Source of the DNA: Ranitomeya imitator
Lineage: Eukaryota
Direction of reading: 5' to 3'
Assembly (NCBI RefSeq): GCF_032444005.1
Contig: NC_091287.1
Span: 55,180,001 to 55,244,000, forward strand
Length of the DNA stretch: 64,000 nt
In this document: in pieces, positions 25,330 to 38,400 of the stretch
How the letters are laid out: the number at the start of each line of letters is the position of its first letter
Position numbering within the stretch: position 1 is the stretch's first letter
Notes under the pieces: generated by a model
What the model was told of the DNA's origin: nothing
Databases searched by the model: none
What the model saw: the letters and a program-made list of their open reading frames with translations, nothing else
Position numbers and translations under genes: made by a program

Positions 25330-25871
25330 TTTAGTTTTGGGCACCGGTGCTCAGGAAGGATATAATGGAACTAGAGAGAGTACAAAGGAGGGCAACAAAA
25401 TTAATAAAGGGGATGGGAGAACTACAATACCCAGATAGATTAGCGAAATTAGGATTATTTAGTCTAGAAAAAAGACGACTGAGGGGCGATCTAATAACCA
25501 TGTATAAGTATATAAGGGGACAATACAAATATCTCGCTGAGGATCTGTTTATACCAAGGAAGGTGACGGGCACAAGGGGGCATTCTTTGCGTCTGGAGGA
25601 GAGAAGGTTTTTCCACCAACATAGAAGAGGATTCTTTACTGTTAGGGCAGTGAGAATCTGGAATTGCTTGCCTGAGGAGGTGGTGATGGCGAACTCAGTC
25701 GAGGGGTTCAAGAGAGGTCTGGATGTCTTCCTGGAGCAGAACAATATTGTATCATACAATTATTAGGTTCTGTAGAAGGACGTAGATCTGGGGATTTATT
25801 ATGATGGAATATAGGCTGAACTGGATGGACAAATGTCTTTTTTCGGCCTTACTAACTATGTTACTATGTTA
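25330..25871 (+). mobile_element. CR1 LINE 3' fragment
   Basis: LERVQRRATKLI, LGLFSLEKRRLRGDLI, TRGH, FFTVRAVRIWN; (actatgtt)n tail. Confidence 0.9.
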
Positions 25872-25899
25872 ATATATCAGTGAGCGAGTACTGGACTGT

Positions 25900-28584
25900 G
25901 GGGCCATTCTCAGGGGGGTGTATTCTGTGGGGGGTTACATTATATTCTATGGAGGGACTGTATTATATTCTATGGGGGTTAGATTATATTCTATGGGGAG
26001 CTGTATTGTATTCTATAGGGCATTACAGTATATTCTATGGGGGGCTGTGTTATATTCTATGGGGGTTACAGTATATTATATGGGGGCTGTATTATATTCT
26101 ATGTGGGGTTACAGTATATTCTATGGGGGTTACAGTATATTCTATGGGGAGGCTGAATTATATTTATGGGAAGGCTGCATTATATTCTATGGGGAGTTAC
26201 AGTATATTCTATGGCGAGCTGTATTATATTCTATGGGGGTTACAGTATATTCTCTGGGGCGGCTGTATTATATACTTTGAGGGAGTATTTCATCATAATC
26301 TTTGATGGGGCTACATTTTATTCTATGGAGAGGTGGGCTGTATTATATTCTGTGGGGAGTTACATTATATTCTATGGAAGCTGTATTATATTCTATGGTA
26401 TGTTATGATCCGGTGACCTTGGAGCAGCATGAGAACTTTCACTGGAGAAGGTGGTCACTATACTGACCGCAATCCTGAACTTAACACCGCAACTAGAAGT
26501 AGCCGTGGAGTGTACCTAACAATCCTAGACACCTCGTCACAGCCGGAGGACTAAATACCCCTAAAGATGGAAATAGGAATACTATCTTGCCTCAGAGCAG
26601 ATCCCCAAAGGATAGACAGCCCCCCACAAATATTGGCGGTGAGTCAGAGAGGAAAAAACATACACAGGCAGAAAAACAGGATTTAGCACAGGAGGCCACT
26701 CTAGCTAAATAGGACAGGATATGACAGAGTTCTGTGCGGTCAGTATTAAAACCCTTCAAAAATATCCACAGCAGAATATACAAAAACTTCCTTCATCTAA
26801 CTAAAGATGTAGAAGCGTATATCTGCAACTCCAGCGAATCCTACAATCAGAGCAGGAATACAAACAAAATCAAGCACACAGCAGTGTGCCACAGACACAA
26901 AAAACCAAACACTTATCTTTGCTGAATTTGGCAGCTAGCAGGAGAAGCCAGAAAGTGATCCAACACTTCACAAGGAACATTGACAACTGGCAAGGGCTAA
27001 TCAATCCTGCACACTTTAATATCCCAGTCAGAACAGCAATTAGCAGATACACCTGGCCAGGACTGTGACTCAGAGACAACTGCATTCCCACCTACAACCA
27101 CTGGAGGGAACCCAAGAGCAGAATTCACAACAGGGGTAACAGTATATTCTGTGGGGGGCTCTATTGTATTCTACGGGGGTTACAGTATATTTTATGGGGG
27201 CTGTATTATATTCTATGAGGGAGAATTGCGTCATACTCTTTGATGAGGTTACATTTTATTCTAAGGGGAGGTGAGATGTATTATATTCTATTTGGGGGTT
27301 ACATTATATGCCATGGGGGGCTTTATTATATTCTATGGGGGTTACAGTATATTCTATGGTGGGCTGTATTATATTGTATGGGGGGTTACAGTATGTTCTA
27401 TGGGGGCTGTATTATATTCTATGAGGGAGGATTGCATCATACTCTCTGATGGGGCTACATTATATTCTATGGGGAGGTGGGCTGTATTATATTCTATGAG
27501 GGGCTACATTATAACACTATATTCTATGGGGAGATGGGCTGTATTATATTCTGTGAGTGAGGATTGCATCATACTCTTTGATGGGGCTGCATTATATTCT
27601 ATGGGGGCTGTATTATATTCTATAAGGGAGTATTGCATCATACTCTATGAAGGAGCTACATTACACTATATGAGGGGACTACATTATATTCTATGGGGCT
27701 GCATTATATTCTATGAGGGGGCTAGATTAAATTGTAGGGGGACTTCATTATACTATATGAAGGGGCTACATTATATTCTATGGGTGGCTGCATTATACTA
27801 TATGAGGAGGGCTACATTGTATTCTATGGAGGGGCTACATTATACTATATAAAGGGGCTGCATTTTATTCTACTGGGGCTGCAAAATACTCTTTGAGGGG
27901 GCTACCATATATTCTATGGAGGGGCTGCATTATACTATATGAGGGGGCAGTATTATATTCTATGGGGGGTTACATTATATTGTATGGTGGGACTGCATTA
28001 TTTTCTTGAGGTGGCTACATTATATTCTGTGGGTTGGCTGCATAATACTCTGTGGGGTGGCTGCATTATACTCTGTGGGGAGGCTGCATTATACTGTATT
28101 GAGCACTATAGAGAATACATGATACTATATGAAGAGCTATGGGGTGCATTATACTATGGGAAGGGAATTGTACTATATGGATGACTATGGCGGTGTATTA
28201 TACTGTATGGAGCACTATGAGGAGTGTATTATACTATATGGAGGACTGAGCAGCATATTTTAATATATGGAGGACTTTGAGGCATGTATTATACTATATG
28301 GAGGACTGAGGAGCATATTTTACTATATGGAGGTCTGAGGAGTGTATTATGCTATATGGAGGACTATGGGGAGTGTATAATACTATATGGAGCACTATGA
28401 GGAGTGTATTATACTATATGGAGGACTGAGCAGTGAATTTTAATATATGGAGGACTATGAGGAGTGTATTGTACTATATGGAGGACTGAGGAGTGTATTT
28501 TAATATATGGAGGACTATGAGGAGTGTATTATTCTATATGGAGGACTATCGGAAGTGTATAATACTATATGGAGGACTGAGGAG
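25900..28584. repeat. ~23-25 bp minisatellite array (interrupted by LTR 26401-27132; continues 30473-30640)
   Basis: gggggctgtattatattctat / atggaggactgaggagtgtattatact units. Confidence 0.9.
26401..27132 (-). mobile_element. Solo LTR related to the Gypsy LTRs at 34067 and 39045
   Basis: Minus strand starts tgttgtgaattctgctcttgggttccctcc (cf. tgttgtggattctgtttttgggctccctct) and ends ggatcataaca; 732 bp vs ~745 bp. Confidence 0.8.
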
Positions 28585-30472
28585 TAGTGTTGAGCGATAC
28601 CGTCCGATACTTGAAAGTATCGGTATCGGATAGTATCGGCCGATACCCGAAAAATATCGGATATCGCCGATACCGATATCCGATACCAATACAAGTCAAT
28701 GGGACATCAAGTATCGGAAGGTATTCTCATGGTTCCCAGGGTCTGAAGGAGAGGAAACTCTCCTTCAGGCCCTGGGATCCATAGGGAGGTGTAAAATAAA
28801 GAATAAAAATAAAAAATATTGATATATTTACCTCTCCGGCGGCCCCTGAACTCAGCGCGGGTAACCGGCAGGCTTCGTTGTTCAAAATCAGCGCTTTTAG
28901 GACCTGAGAAACACGTCCCGGCTTCTGATTGGTCGCGGGCCGCCCATGTGACCGCCACGCGACCAATCACAAGCCGCGACGTCACCGCAAGCTATTAGCG
29001 TGCTCATTTTTGAAAAATGAGCGCGTTAATGACTTTCAAAGACGTAGCGGCTTGTGATTGGTCGCGGCAACGCGACCAATCACAAGCCGCGACGTCACCG
29101 CAAGCTATTAACGCGCTCATTTTTAAAAATGAGCGCGTTAATGGCTTTCAAAGACGTAGCGGGTTGTGATTGGTCGCGGCCGCGACCAATCACAAGCCGC
29201 GACGTCACCGCAAGCTATTGACGCGCTCATTTTTAAAAATGAGCGCGTTAATGGCTTTGAAAGACATAGCGGCTTGTGATTGGTCGCGTGGCCGCGACCA
29301 ATCACAAGCCGCGACGTCACCGCAAGCTATTGACGCGCTCATTTTTAAAAATGAGCGCGTTAATGGCTTTGAAAGACATAGCGGCTTGTGATTGGTCGCG
29401 TAGCCGCGACCAATCACAAGCCGCGACGTCACCGCAAGCTATTGACGCGCTCATTTTTAAAAATGAGCGCGTTAATGGCTTTGAAAGACATAGCGGCTTG
29501 TGATTGGTCGCATGGCCGCGACCAATCACAAGCCGCGACGTCACCGCAAGCTATTGACGCGCTCATTTTTAAAAATGAGCGCGTTAATGGCTTTGAAAGA
29601 CATAGCGGCTTGTGATTGGTCGCGTGGCCGCGACCAATCACATGCCGCGACGTCACCGCAAGCTATTAGCGCGCTCATTTTTGAAAAATGAGCGCGTTAA
29701 TGACTTTCAAAGACGTAGCGGCTTGTGATTGGTCGCGGCCACGCGACCAATCACAAGCCGCTATGTCTTTCAAATCCATTAACGCGCTCATTTTTAAAAA
29801 TGAGCGCGTCAATAGCTTGCGGTGACGTCGCGGCTTGTGATTGGTCGCGGCCACGCGACCAATCACAAGCCGCTATGTCTTTCAAAGCCATTAACGCGCT
29901 CATTTTTAAAAATGAGCGCGTCAATAGCTTGCGGTGACGTCGCGGCTTGTGATTGGTCGCGGCCGCGACCAATCACAACCCGCTACGTCTTTGAAAGCCA
30001 TTAACGCGCTCATTTTTAAAAATGAGCGCGTTAATAGCTTGCGGTGACGTCGCGGCTTGTGATTGGTCGCGGCCGCGACCAATCACAACCCGCTACGTCT
30101 TTGAAAGCCATTAACGCGCTCATTTTTAAAAATGAGCGCGTTAATAGCTTGCGGTGACGTCGCGGCTTGTGATTGGTCGCGTGGCGGTCACATGGGCGGC
30201 CCGCGACCAATCAGAAGCCGGGACGTGTTTCTCAGGTCCTAAAAGCGCTGATTTTGAACAACGAAGCCTGCCGGTTACCCGCGGACTCACCAGGGGCCGC
30301 CGGAGAGGTAAATATATCAATATTTTTTATTTTAATTCTTTATTTTACACATCTCTATGTATCCAATACCGATACCCGATACCACAAAAGTATCGGATCT
30401 CGGTATCGGAATTCCGATACCGCAAGTATCGGCCGATACCCGATACTTGCGGTATCGGAATGCTCAACACTA
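28585..30472. mobile_element. Foldback hAT-type element with inverted arrays of 112-bp hairpin units
   Basis: TIR TAGTGTTGAGC, exact 8-bp TSD CTGAGGAG, subterminal CGATAC/GTATCG motif clusters, mirror-image halves. Confidence 0.9.
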
Positions 30473-31765
30473 CTGAGGAGTGTATTTTAATATATGGAAT
30501 ACTATAGGGTGTGTATTATATTATATGGAGGACTATAGGGAGTGTATTATACTATATGGAGGACTATGTGGAGTGTATTATACTATATGGAGGACTATGG
30601 GGCACATTATATTATATGGAGGACTATGGGGTGTATAATACTAAACAAGCAAAATGCTGCATATTCATCGAGTGATTGGATTGTTTATGACGGAACAGAA
30701 ACCATTGTTCTTAGCAGCACATCAGCTGTGTAAACTGTAGATGTGCTGTTGATATTCATGATACTGTGTGGCGACAGATTGATCTAATAGTGACTGTTCT
30801 GTCCATTCTTTCTCAGTTGGTGTAAAGAGGCCGGGAAACAAGCGAATGGCTTCAATATTGTCAATCACACTCTTTAACGGCGTGAACTCAGCGCATGTAA
30901 ATACAACAGAAATGCTTTTGTGTGATGTGCAATATGTTAGCATTTGGGGCCCGATTTTAAACTTTTGCCTAGGGCTCCACTTTGCCTAAAACTGGCCCTG
31001 ACCATAATGGATTAAGTTAGTGCAGTCACAACCAGCATCTGGAACCTAGGTAAAATATTTTTTTGGTGCAAATGAGAAGACGAATACTAGTAAAGATACA
31101 TGATAGATGAAGGTCCTGTAGGAGATTGTGCATTGGGGCCCAATATCTTACAGTTGCGCCACAGCTTGCAAAGCAAAATTATCCTTAGGTCCTTAGGCGG
31201 TTACAGTATAAAATCCACTCTTAGAAAAAAAAGAAGAGCTAATTTTATTACGTAAAAATGAAGAATGCTTCGCCTCACATTCCCAGCATGTGCACTGATA
31301 AGTAATGGCAGCTGTCTTGCAATGAATGACAGATATTTTGTATGAATGTAAAATGAGAAAACACATTAGTTCAGATTAACATTGAAGTCAGGATCCCATA
31401 TATATATAACATTTCTGCTATACCCTATACCGCTTGGTATAATATGTAATGATACTAAAGGTCAGCTGTGTCGTCTGGAATGGCACTTATTTCTTAATGA
31501 CACACACACATATTTCTCAGTAATTTCCTTACTCTTCCATCTATCCATATGCCTTTCCTTAGTGATGTGTGGAATGATAATTTAATACCCATATTAATCC
31601 CTAATACCATTACATTCATGCACAAGGTATTCTATGTTTTACACATAACTACTGTGTAATTAAGCCAGCTTGAGGGGAACATGAGTCTTTAGCATTCCTA
31701 TAGCTACAAATGTGGCTGTGACTCATTGGTCAGTGGCTGATTAGGAAGGTGGAAGAAAGATTTAA

Positions 31766-33133
31766 GGGGTTGTCTAGACAGCTGATTTTTGAATAAAATG
31801 ATCTTGTAACAACCGTGGTTGTGGAACCACTGCACCATTGCCCGAGGAGAGATTGGGGGGTGTGACTAGGTGATCACATGACTCTTTGCTGGAGCTCCTG
31901 AAGGTGGGGTTACATTTGACTCCCAATGGACGCCAGGTGCTACTCCAGGGCAGACCTTGGACACATAGCAGCTGACCCCCAAAGAGGCAGGAAGATAGAA
32001 CATCCAAGACTGTATGTACAGGCTGGCACGGCAGGAATACGGAAAGGTAAGGCAGGTATAGGCAAGTATCGCAGGTGTACAGACTGGCACAGCATGTGCA
32101 GGCAGGTATAACTGGTATGCAGACAGGCATGGCAGGTGCAGGTAGGTACAACTGGTATACAGACTGGCATGACAGGTGCAGACAGGTACAGATTGTAAAT
32201 AGACTGGCATGACATGTTCAAGCAGGTATGGCTGGTACACAGACTGGAATGGCAAGTGATGGCAGGTACAGCTGGTATGCAGACAGGCATGGCAGGTGCA
32301 GGTAGGTACAACTGGTATACAGACTGGCATGGTGCTTGTACACAGACAGGCATAGCAGGTGCAGGCTGGTGTGGCTGGTATACAGACTGGCATGACAGGT
32401 TCAAGCAGGTATGGCTGGTACACAGACTGGCATGGCAAGTGATGGCAGGTACAGCTGGTATGCAGACAGGCATGGCAGTTGCTGGCAGGTATGGCTGGTA
32501 TGATACAAAATCTCAGAGACAGATACCGTAGTATGCAAAAATAGTCCTGGATCGTCAACCAGGACAAATATGGGTATATACCCTATGGAGATCCTAAATA
32601 ACATTAAAATACAAAAATATGGAGCATATCAACCACCAGACAAATGCGTAATGATTAAAAGGTAGAAATTTAATAACAAAAATATCCCTCCTTGAAATGG
32701 AGCTTCAATAGTAATGCTCTTTTCTGGGGCTGGGCTAGTGCCTGCCCAATGTGCCCAAAGACAGCAGTATTGAGCTGGCAATTGAGTGCATTGTTAGTAT
32801 GTGTTGTAAAATGAATACCTGCATGCAGAGAGGATCTCCACCCCTACAAGCAATGGGTCTTCATCTTAAAACACACACTAACAGTGTGCTCTGTATCTTA
32901 CTCGTTACTACTGATCTGAGCCATGGTACGAGCGCACTGTCTATATGCACATCAAGCAGGGACCAGTCCAGTCACTGATGATGCTTTGTTTCAGCAAGAG
33001 GGCAGAAGATGCAATAGTGACCACAGTCTCTGCCCCTTGATAAAGATTAGTTGAGTATTTCAGCAACAAAAAGGATCTTGTAAAAGAAATAAAAATTTAG
33101 GATAAAAATTAAGTTGTATTTTGGACCACCCCT
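31766..33133. mobile_element. T2/Kolobok-type MITE shell containing an LTR-like remnant with tandem repeats (~31805-32520)
   Basis: ttaa-ggggttgtct ... ggaccacccct-ttaa; internal ggcaggtacagctggtatgcagacaggcat repeats at 32020-32500. Confidence 0.5.
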
Positions 33134-33905
33134 TTAACTCTTTCCCGACATGCGCCATACATGTACAGTGCATGTTGGGTCTACCCCTTTACTATGGGCT
33201 CTGGCGCCGTGCCCTCATCCCTTCCTGCACATGTAAGCTGATTTAACCCCTTCCCGACCTGTGATGCCACGAAAGGCGTCATGAAACTCGTTGCCAATCC
33301 AAGGGTTAACTCAAATTTCACCTGACCTGCAGGGACAGGGGGAGTGGTACTTGAACCCAGGGGGTGGCTTCGCCCCCCCCCCCCCCCCCCCCGTGGCTAC
33401 GAGTGCTCTGATTGGCTGTTAAAAGTGAAACAGTCAATCGGAGCAATCATAATATTTCACCAATGAAAATTGGCCGATGCTACAATATCATTAGCCACGG
33501 CTGGAGACCCCGATCTGATACCGCCACCGACTGACAGCGGTGATCTGCAGCCCCCGCCAGTGTTTCCTACCCTCTGTTATGTCCTCCGCTGCCCTCCTCT
33601 CCTCTCTGTCCTAGCCGGCGCCCCCCCCCACTGTCCGATCCCACCCCCATACTTCCGGAGTCCCCGGGTCCCTCCTGGTGTCCGTCCGGCTTCTAGGATG
33701 GGCGCTTCCATCTTCCAAAATGGTGGGCGCATAAACAGTGTGCCCGCTGAATCTGCAGGCCGGCAGATTCGTTCTTTCATTTTGATCACTGTGATAGATC
33801 ATATCATAGTGATCAAAAAAAAAGTAAATAAAGCCCCCCCTTTATCACCTCTATAGGTAGGGAACATAATAAAATAAAGAAAATATATTTATTTTTATTT
33901 TTCCA

Positions 33906-33980
33906 CTAGGGTTAGGGTTAGGGTTAGGGTTGCAATTAGGGTTAGGGTTATGGTTAGAATTAGGGTTAGGGTTATAATTA
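33906..33980 (+). repeat. Telomere-like (TTAGGG)n degenerate array, continuing at 40270-40432
   Basis: tagggttagggttagggttagggttgcaattaggg... Confidence 0.9.
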
Positions 33981-34178
33981 GGCTATGTGCACACGGTGCA
34001 GATTTGACTGCGGATTCGCAGCGGATTGGCCGCTGCAGATTTGTAGCAGTTTTCCACCATGTTTACTGTTGTGGATTCTGTTTTTGGGCTCCCTCTGGTG
34101 GTTACAGATGGTACTGGGTGACTTGTGTTCTCTGCGGTCTCTGGTGTCCACCTGTTCTATCAGGATATGGGAGTTTCC

Positions 34179-34185
34179 TATTTAA
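34179..34185 (+). promoter_or_regulatory. TATA-like box of the 5' LTR
   Basis: cc-TATTTAA-cc, 30 nt upstream of the sequence complementary to the PBS. Confidence 0.6.
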
Positions 34186-34812
34186 CCTGGCTTTCTTGTA
34201 ATTTCCTCGCCGGCTATCAATGTAATCAGTGTGTCTTGTTTCCTCTGCTTCCCGCTTCTGTATTCTTCAGGACAAGCTAAGTTTTTGATTTTCCTGTTCC
34301 ACGTTTTGCTTAATTTTTGTCTTAGTCCAGCTTGCAGATATGTGATTCCTTTTTGCTGGTTGCGCTAGTGGACTGATATTACTCCTCATGTTCCATGAGT
34401 TGGAACATGAGTTCAAGTAATTTCAGGATGTTTTTTTGTAGGGTTTTTCGCTGACCGTGCAGTTCACTTTTGTATCCTCTGCTATCTAGCTTTAGCGGGC
34501 CTCATTTTGCTGAATCTGTTTTCATAACTACGTATGTGCTTTCCTCTCATTTCACCGTCATTACATGTGGGGGGCTGCTATTTCTGTGGGGTGTTTCTCT
34601 GGAGGCAAGAGAGGTCTGTGATTCTTCTAATAGGGAAAGTTAGTTCTTCGGCTGGCGCGAGACGTCTAGAATCATCGTAGGCATGTTCCCCGGCTACAGC
34701 TAGTTGTGTGTTGAGGTTCAGGATCGCGGTCAGCTCAGTTTCCATCACCCTAGAGCTTGTTTTGTTTTTTGTGCTTGTCCTTTTGTGATCCCCTGCCATT
34801 GGGATCATGACA

Positions 34813-34824
34813 GTATAGCCGGCC
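34813..34824 (+). promoter_or_regulatory. Non-tRNA primer-binding site (self-priming type)
   Basis: ATAGCCGGC (34815-34823) is the exact reverse complement of GCCGGCTAT (34209-34217) in the LTR; no TGG tRNA-type PBS. Confidence 0.7.
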
Positions 34825-34986
34825 AAAAAGTGGTAATCGTATTGGCTGAAGTAGGAGGAAAAGTAGTCTGAGGAAGTTTTTTTTTTTTTTTTTCCCCCTC
34901 AGAGTTTGCTGCATAGCCTTAATTGCAGCCTGGCTGCGTCTTACCTCCTCTTAATCCTTGTATGGCTCTGACCTCAGCTGTTTATC

Positions 34987-35382
34987 ATGGACGTCCAGAG
35001 TTTGGCTTCCAGCCTGAATAATCTTGCTGCTAAGGTTCAAAATATTCAAGATTTTGTTGTACATGCTCCTATGTCTGAACCTAGAATTCCTATCCCAGAG
35101 TTTTTTTCTGGAGATAGATCTAGTTTTCTGAATTTTAGGAACAATTGCAAGTTGTTTCTTTCTTTGAAATCTCGCTCTTCTGGAGACCCTGCTCAGCAAG
35201 TCAAGATTGTTATATCTTTCCTGCGGGGTGACCCTCAGAATTGGGCATTTGCATTGGCACCAGGGGATCCTGCGTTGCTCAATGTGGATGCGTTTTTTCT
35301 GGCATTGGGTTTGCTCTATGAGGAACCTAACCTAGAGATTCAGGCTGAAAAAGCTTTATTGGCTCTCTCAGGGGCAAGATGA
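34987..35382 (+). CDS. Gypsy gag N-terminal/capsid part (frameshifted)
   Basis: EPRIPIPEFFSGDR, FLRGDPQNW; frame lost at gctctctcagggg (probable 2-nt loss in a CT run). Confidence 0.85.
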   Translation: MDVQSLASSLNNLAAKVQNIQDFVVHAPMSEPRIPIPEFFSGDRSSFLNFRNNCKLFLSLKSRSSGDPAQQVKIVISFLRGDPQNWAFALAPGDPALLNVDAFFLALGLLYEEPNLEIQAEKALLALSGAR

Positions 35383-35419
35383 AGCAGAAATATATTGTCA
35401 GAAATTTCGGAAATGGTCG

Positions 35420-38400
35420 GTGCTTACTCAGTGGAATGAGTGTGCCCTGGCTGCAAGATTCAGAGATGGCCTTTCTGAGGCCATTAAAGATGTCATGGTG
35501 GGGTTCCCTGCGCCTACAGGTCTGAATGAGACTATGACTATGGCTATTCAGATTGATCGGCGTTTACGGGAGCGCAAACCTGTGCACCATTTGGCGGTGT
35601 CTTCTGAACAGGCACCTGAGACAATGCAATGTGATAGAATTCAGTCCAGAAGTGAACGGCAAATCTATAGGCGGAAAAATGGGTTGTGTTTTTATTGTGG
35701 TGATTCAGCTCATGTTATATCAGCATGCTCTAAACGCACAAAAAAGGTTGATAAGTCTGTTGCCATTAGTACTTTACAGTCTAAGTTCATTCTGTCTGTG
35801 ACTCTGTTTTGTTCGTTATCAGCCATTTCCGTCGATGCCTATGTGGATTCAGGCGCTGCCCTGAGTCTTATGGATTGGTCATTTGCCAACCGCTGTGGGT
35901 TTAGTCTGGAGCCTCTGGAAGTCCCTATTCCTTTGAAAGGAATTGACTCTACACCTTTGGCTATGAATAAACCTCAGTACTGGACACAAGTGACCATGCG
36001 TATGACTCCCGTTCATCAGGAGGTGATTCGCTTCCTGGTACTGTATAATTTACATGATGTCTTAGTGCTTGGTCTGCCATGGTTACAAACTCATAACCCA
36101 GTTTTGGACTGGAAAACGATGTCTGTGTTAAGCTGGGGATGTCAGGGGGTTCATGATGATGCACCTCCGATTTCTATCGCTTCATCTACTCCTTCTGAGG
36201 TTCCGGTATTTTTGTCTGATTATCGGAATGTTTTTGAGGAGCCTAAGCTCAATTCGCTTCCTCCTCACAGGGATTGCGATTGTGCTATAGATTTGATTCC
36301 TGGCAGTAAATTTCCTAAAGGTCGTTTGTTCAATCTGTCAGTGCCAGAGCATACTGCTATGCGGGATTATGTTAAGGAGTCCTTGGAAAAGGGACATATC
36401 CGTCCATCTTCGTCCCCTTTGGGAGCAGGTTTTTTTTTTGTGGCCAAAAAAGATGGTTCCTTGAGGCCTTGTATTGATTACCGTCTTTTGAATAAGATTA
36501 CAGTTAAATATCAGTATCCTTTGCCATTGTTGACTGATTTGTTCGCTCGCATTAAGGGGGCTAAATGGTTCACTAAGATTGATCTTCGGGGTGCGTATAA
36601 TCTTGTGCGGATAAAGCAGGGTGATGAGTGGAAAACCGCATTTAATACGCCTGAGGGCCATTTTGAGTATTTGGTGATGCCTTTTGGACTTTCTAATGCT
36701 CCTTCTGTCTTCCAGTCCTTTATGCACGATATTTTTCGTGAATATCTGGATAAATTTATGATTGTGTATTTGGATGATGTTTTGGTTTTTTCGGATGACT
36801 GGGAGTCCCATGTTCAGCAGGTCAGGAAGGTGTTTCAGGTCCTGCGGGCCAATTCTTTGTTTGTAAAAGGTTCAAAGTGTCTCTTTGGAGTCCAGAAGAT
36901 TTCTTTTTTGGGGTATATTTTTTCCCCTTCTACTATTGAGATGGATCCCGTCAAGGTTCAGGCTATTTGTGACTGGACGCAGCCTACATCTCTTAAGAGT
37001 CTACAGAAGTTCTTGGGCTTTGCTAATTTTTATCGTCGTTTCATAACTAATTTTTCTAGTGTTGTTAAGCCTTTGACGGATTTGACTAAGAAGGGTGCTG
37101 ATGTTGCTGATTGGTCTCCTGCGGCTGTGGAGGCCTTTCAGGAACTTAAGCGCCGGTTTTCTTCTGCTCCTGTGTTGCGTCAGCCAGATGTTTCGCTTCC
37201 TTTTCAGGTTGAGGTTGATGCTTCCGAGATTGGAGCGGGGGCGGTTTTGTCACAGAGAAGCTCCGATTGCTCAGTGATGAAGCCATGTGCGTTCTTTTCT
37301 AGAAAGTTTTCGCCCACTGAACGGAATTATGATGTTGGTAATCGGGAGCTTTTGGCCATGAAGTGGGCATTTGAGGAGTGGCGTCATTGGCTTGAGGGTG
37401 CTAGACATCGTGTGGTGGTCTTGACTGATCACAAAAATCTGATTTACCTTGAGTCTGCCAAGCGTCTGAATCCTAGACAGGCTTGTTGGTCACTGTTTTT
37501 CTCCCGTTTCGATTTTGTGGTTTCATACCTGCCAGGTTCAAAGAATGTGAAGGCGGATGCTCTTTCTAGGAGTTTTGTGCCTGACTCCCCTGGAAATTCT
37601 GAGCCCACTGGTATCCTTAGGGATGGGGTGATTTTGTCGGCTGTCTCCCCAGACTTGCGACGTGCTTTGCAGGAGTTTCAGGCGGATAAACCTGATCGTT
37701 GTCCGCCTGAAAGACTGTTTGTTCCGGATAATTGGACCAGTAGAGTCATCTCTGAGGTCCATTCTTCTGCGTTGGCAGGTCATCCTGGAATATTTGGTAC
37801 TAGAGACTTGGTGGCCAGGTCTTTTTGGTGGCCTTCCTTGTCGAGGGATGTGCGTTCTTTTGTGCAGTCTTGTGAAGTTTGCGCTCGGGCTAAGCCTTGC
37901 TGTACTCGGGCCAGTGGATTGTTGTCACCTTTGCCTATTCCGAAGAGGCCTTGGACGCACATTTCCATGGACTTTATTTCGGATCTCCCTGTCTCTCAAA
38001 AAATGTCCGTCATCTGGGTTGTGTGTGACCGCTTTTCTAAGATGGTTCATCTGGTACCCTTGCCTAAGTTGCCTTCCTCCTCTGAGTTGGTCCCTCTGTT
38101 TTTTCAGAACGTGGTTCGTTTGCATGGGATTCCGGAGAACATCGTTTCTGACAGGGGATCCCAGTTTGTGTCTAGATTTTGGCGGACGTTCTGTGCTAAG
38201 ATGGGCATTGATTTGTCCTTTTCGTCTGCATTCCATCCTCAGACGAATGGCCAGACGGAACAAACTAATCAGACCTTGGAAACTTATTTAAGGTGTTTTG
38301 TTTCTGCTTATCAAGATGACTGGGTTACCTTTTTGCCGCTTGCCGAATTTGCCCTTAATAATCGGGCTAGTTCTGCTACCTTGGTTTCTCCTTTCTTTTG

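Larger units (their letters stand above)
25876..31000. mobile_element. hAT-type non-autonomous element related to 2664-8788, left end missing, with nested LTR and foldback element
   Basis: Same minisatellite; 30640-30920 matches 4500-4780; right terminus aaaactggccctg. Confidence 0.6.

Noticed and set aside
28707-30507. Family of repeated 60-117 aa ORFs
   Set aside because: Periodic translations of the 112-bp unit in the foldback element
31774-32604. Cys/Pro-rich ORFs up to 233 aa
   Set aside because: Derived from tandem repeats in an LTR-like remnant; open in several overlapping frames
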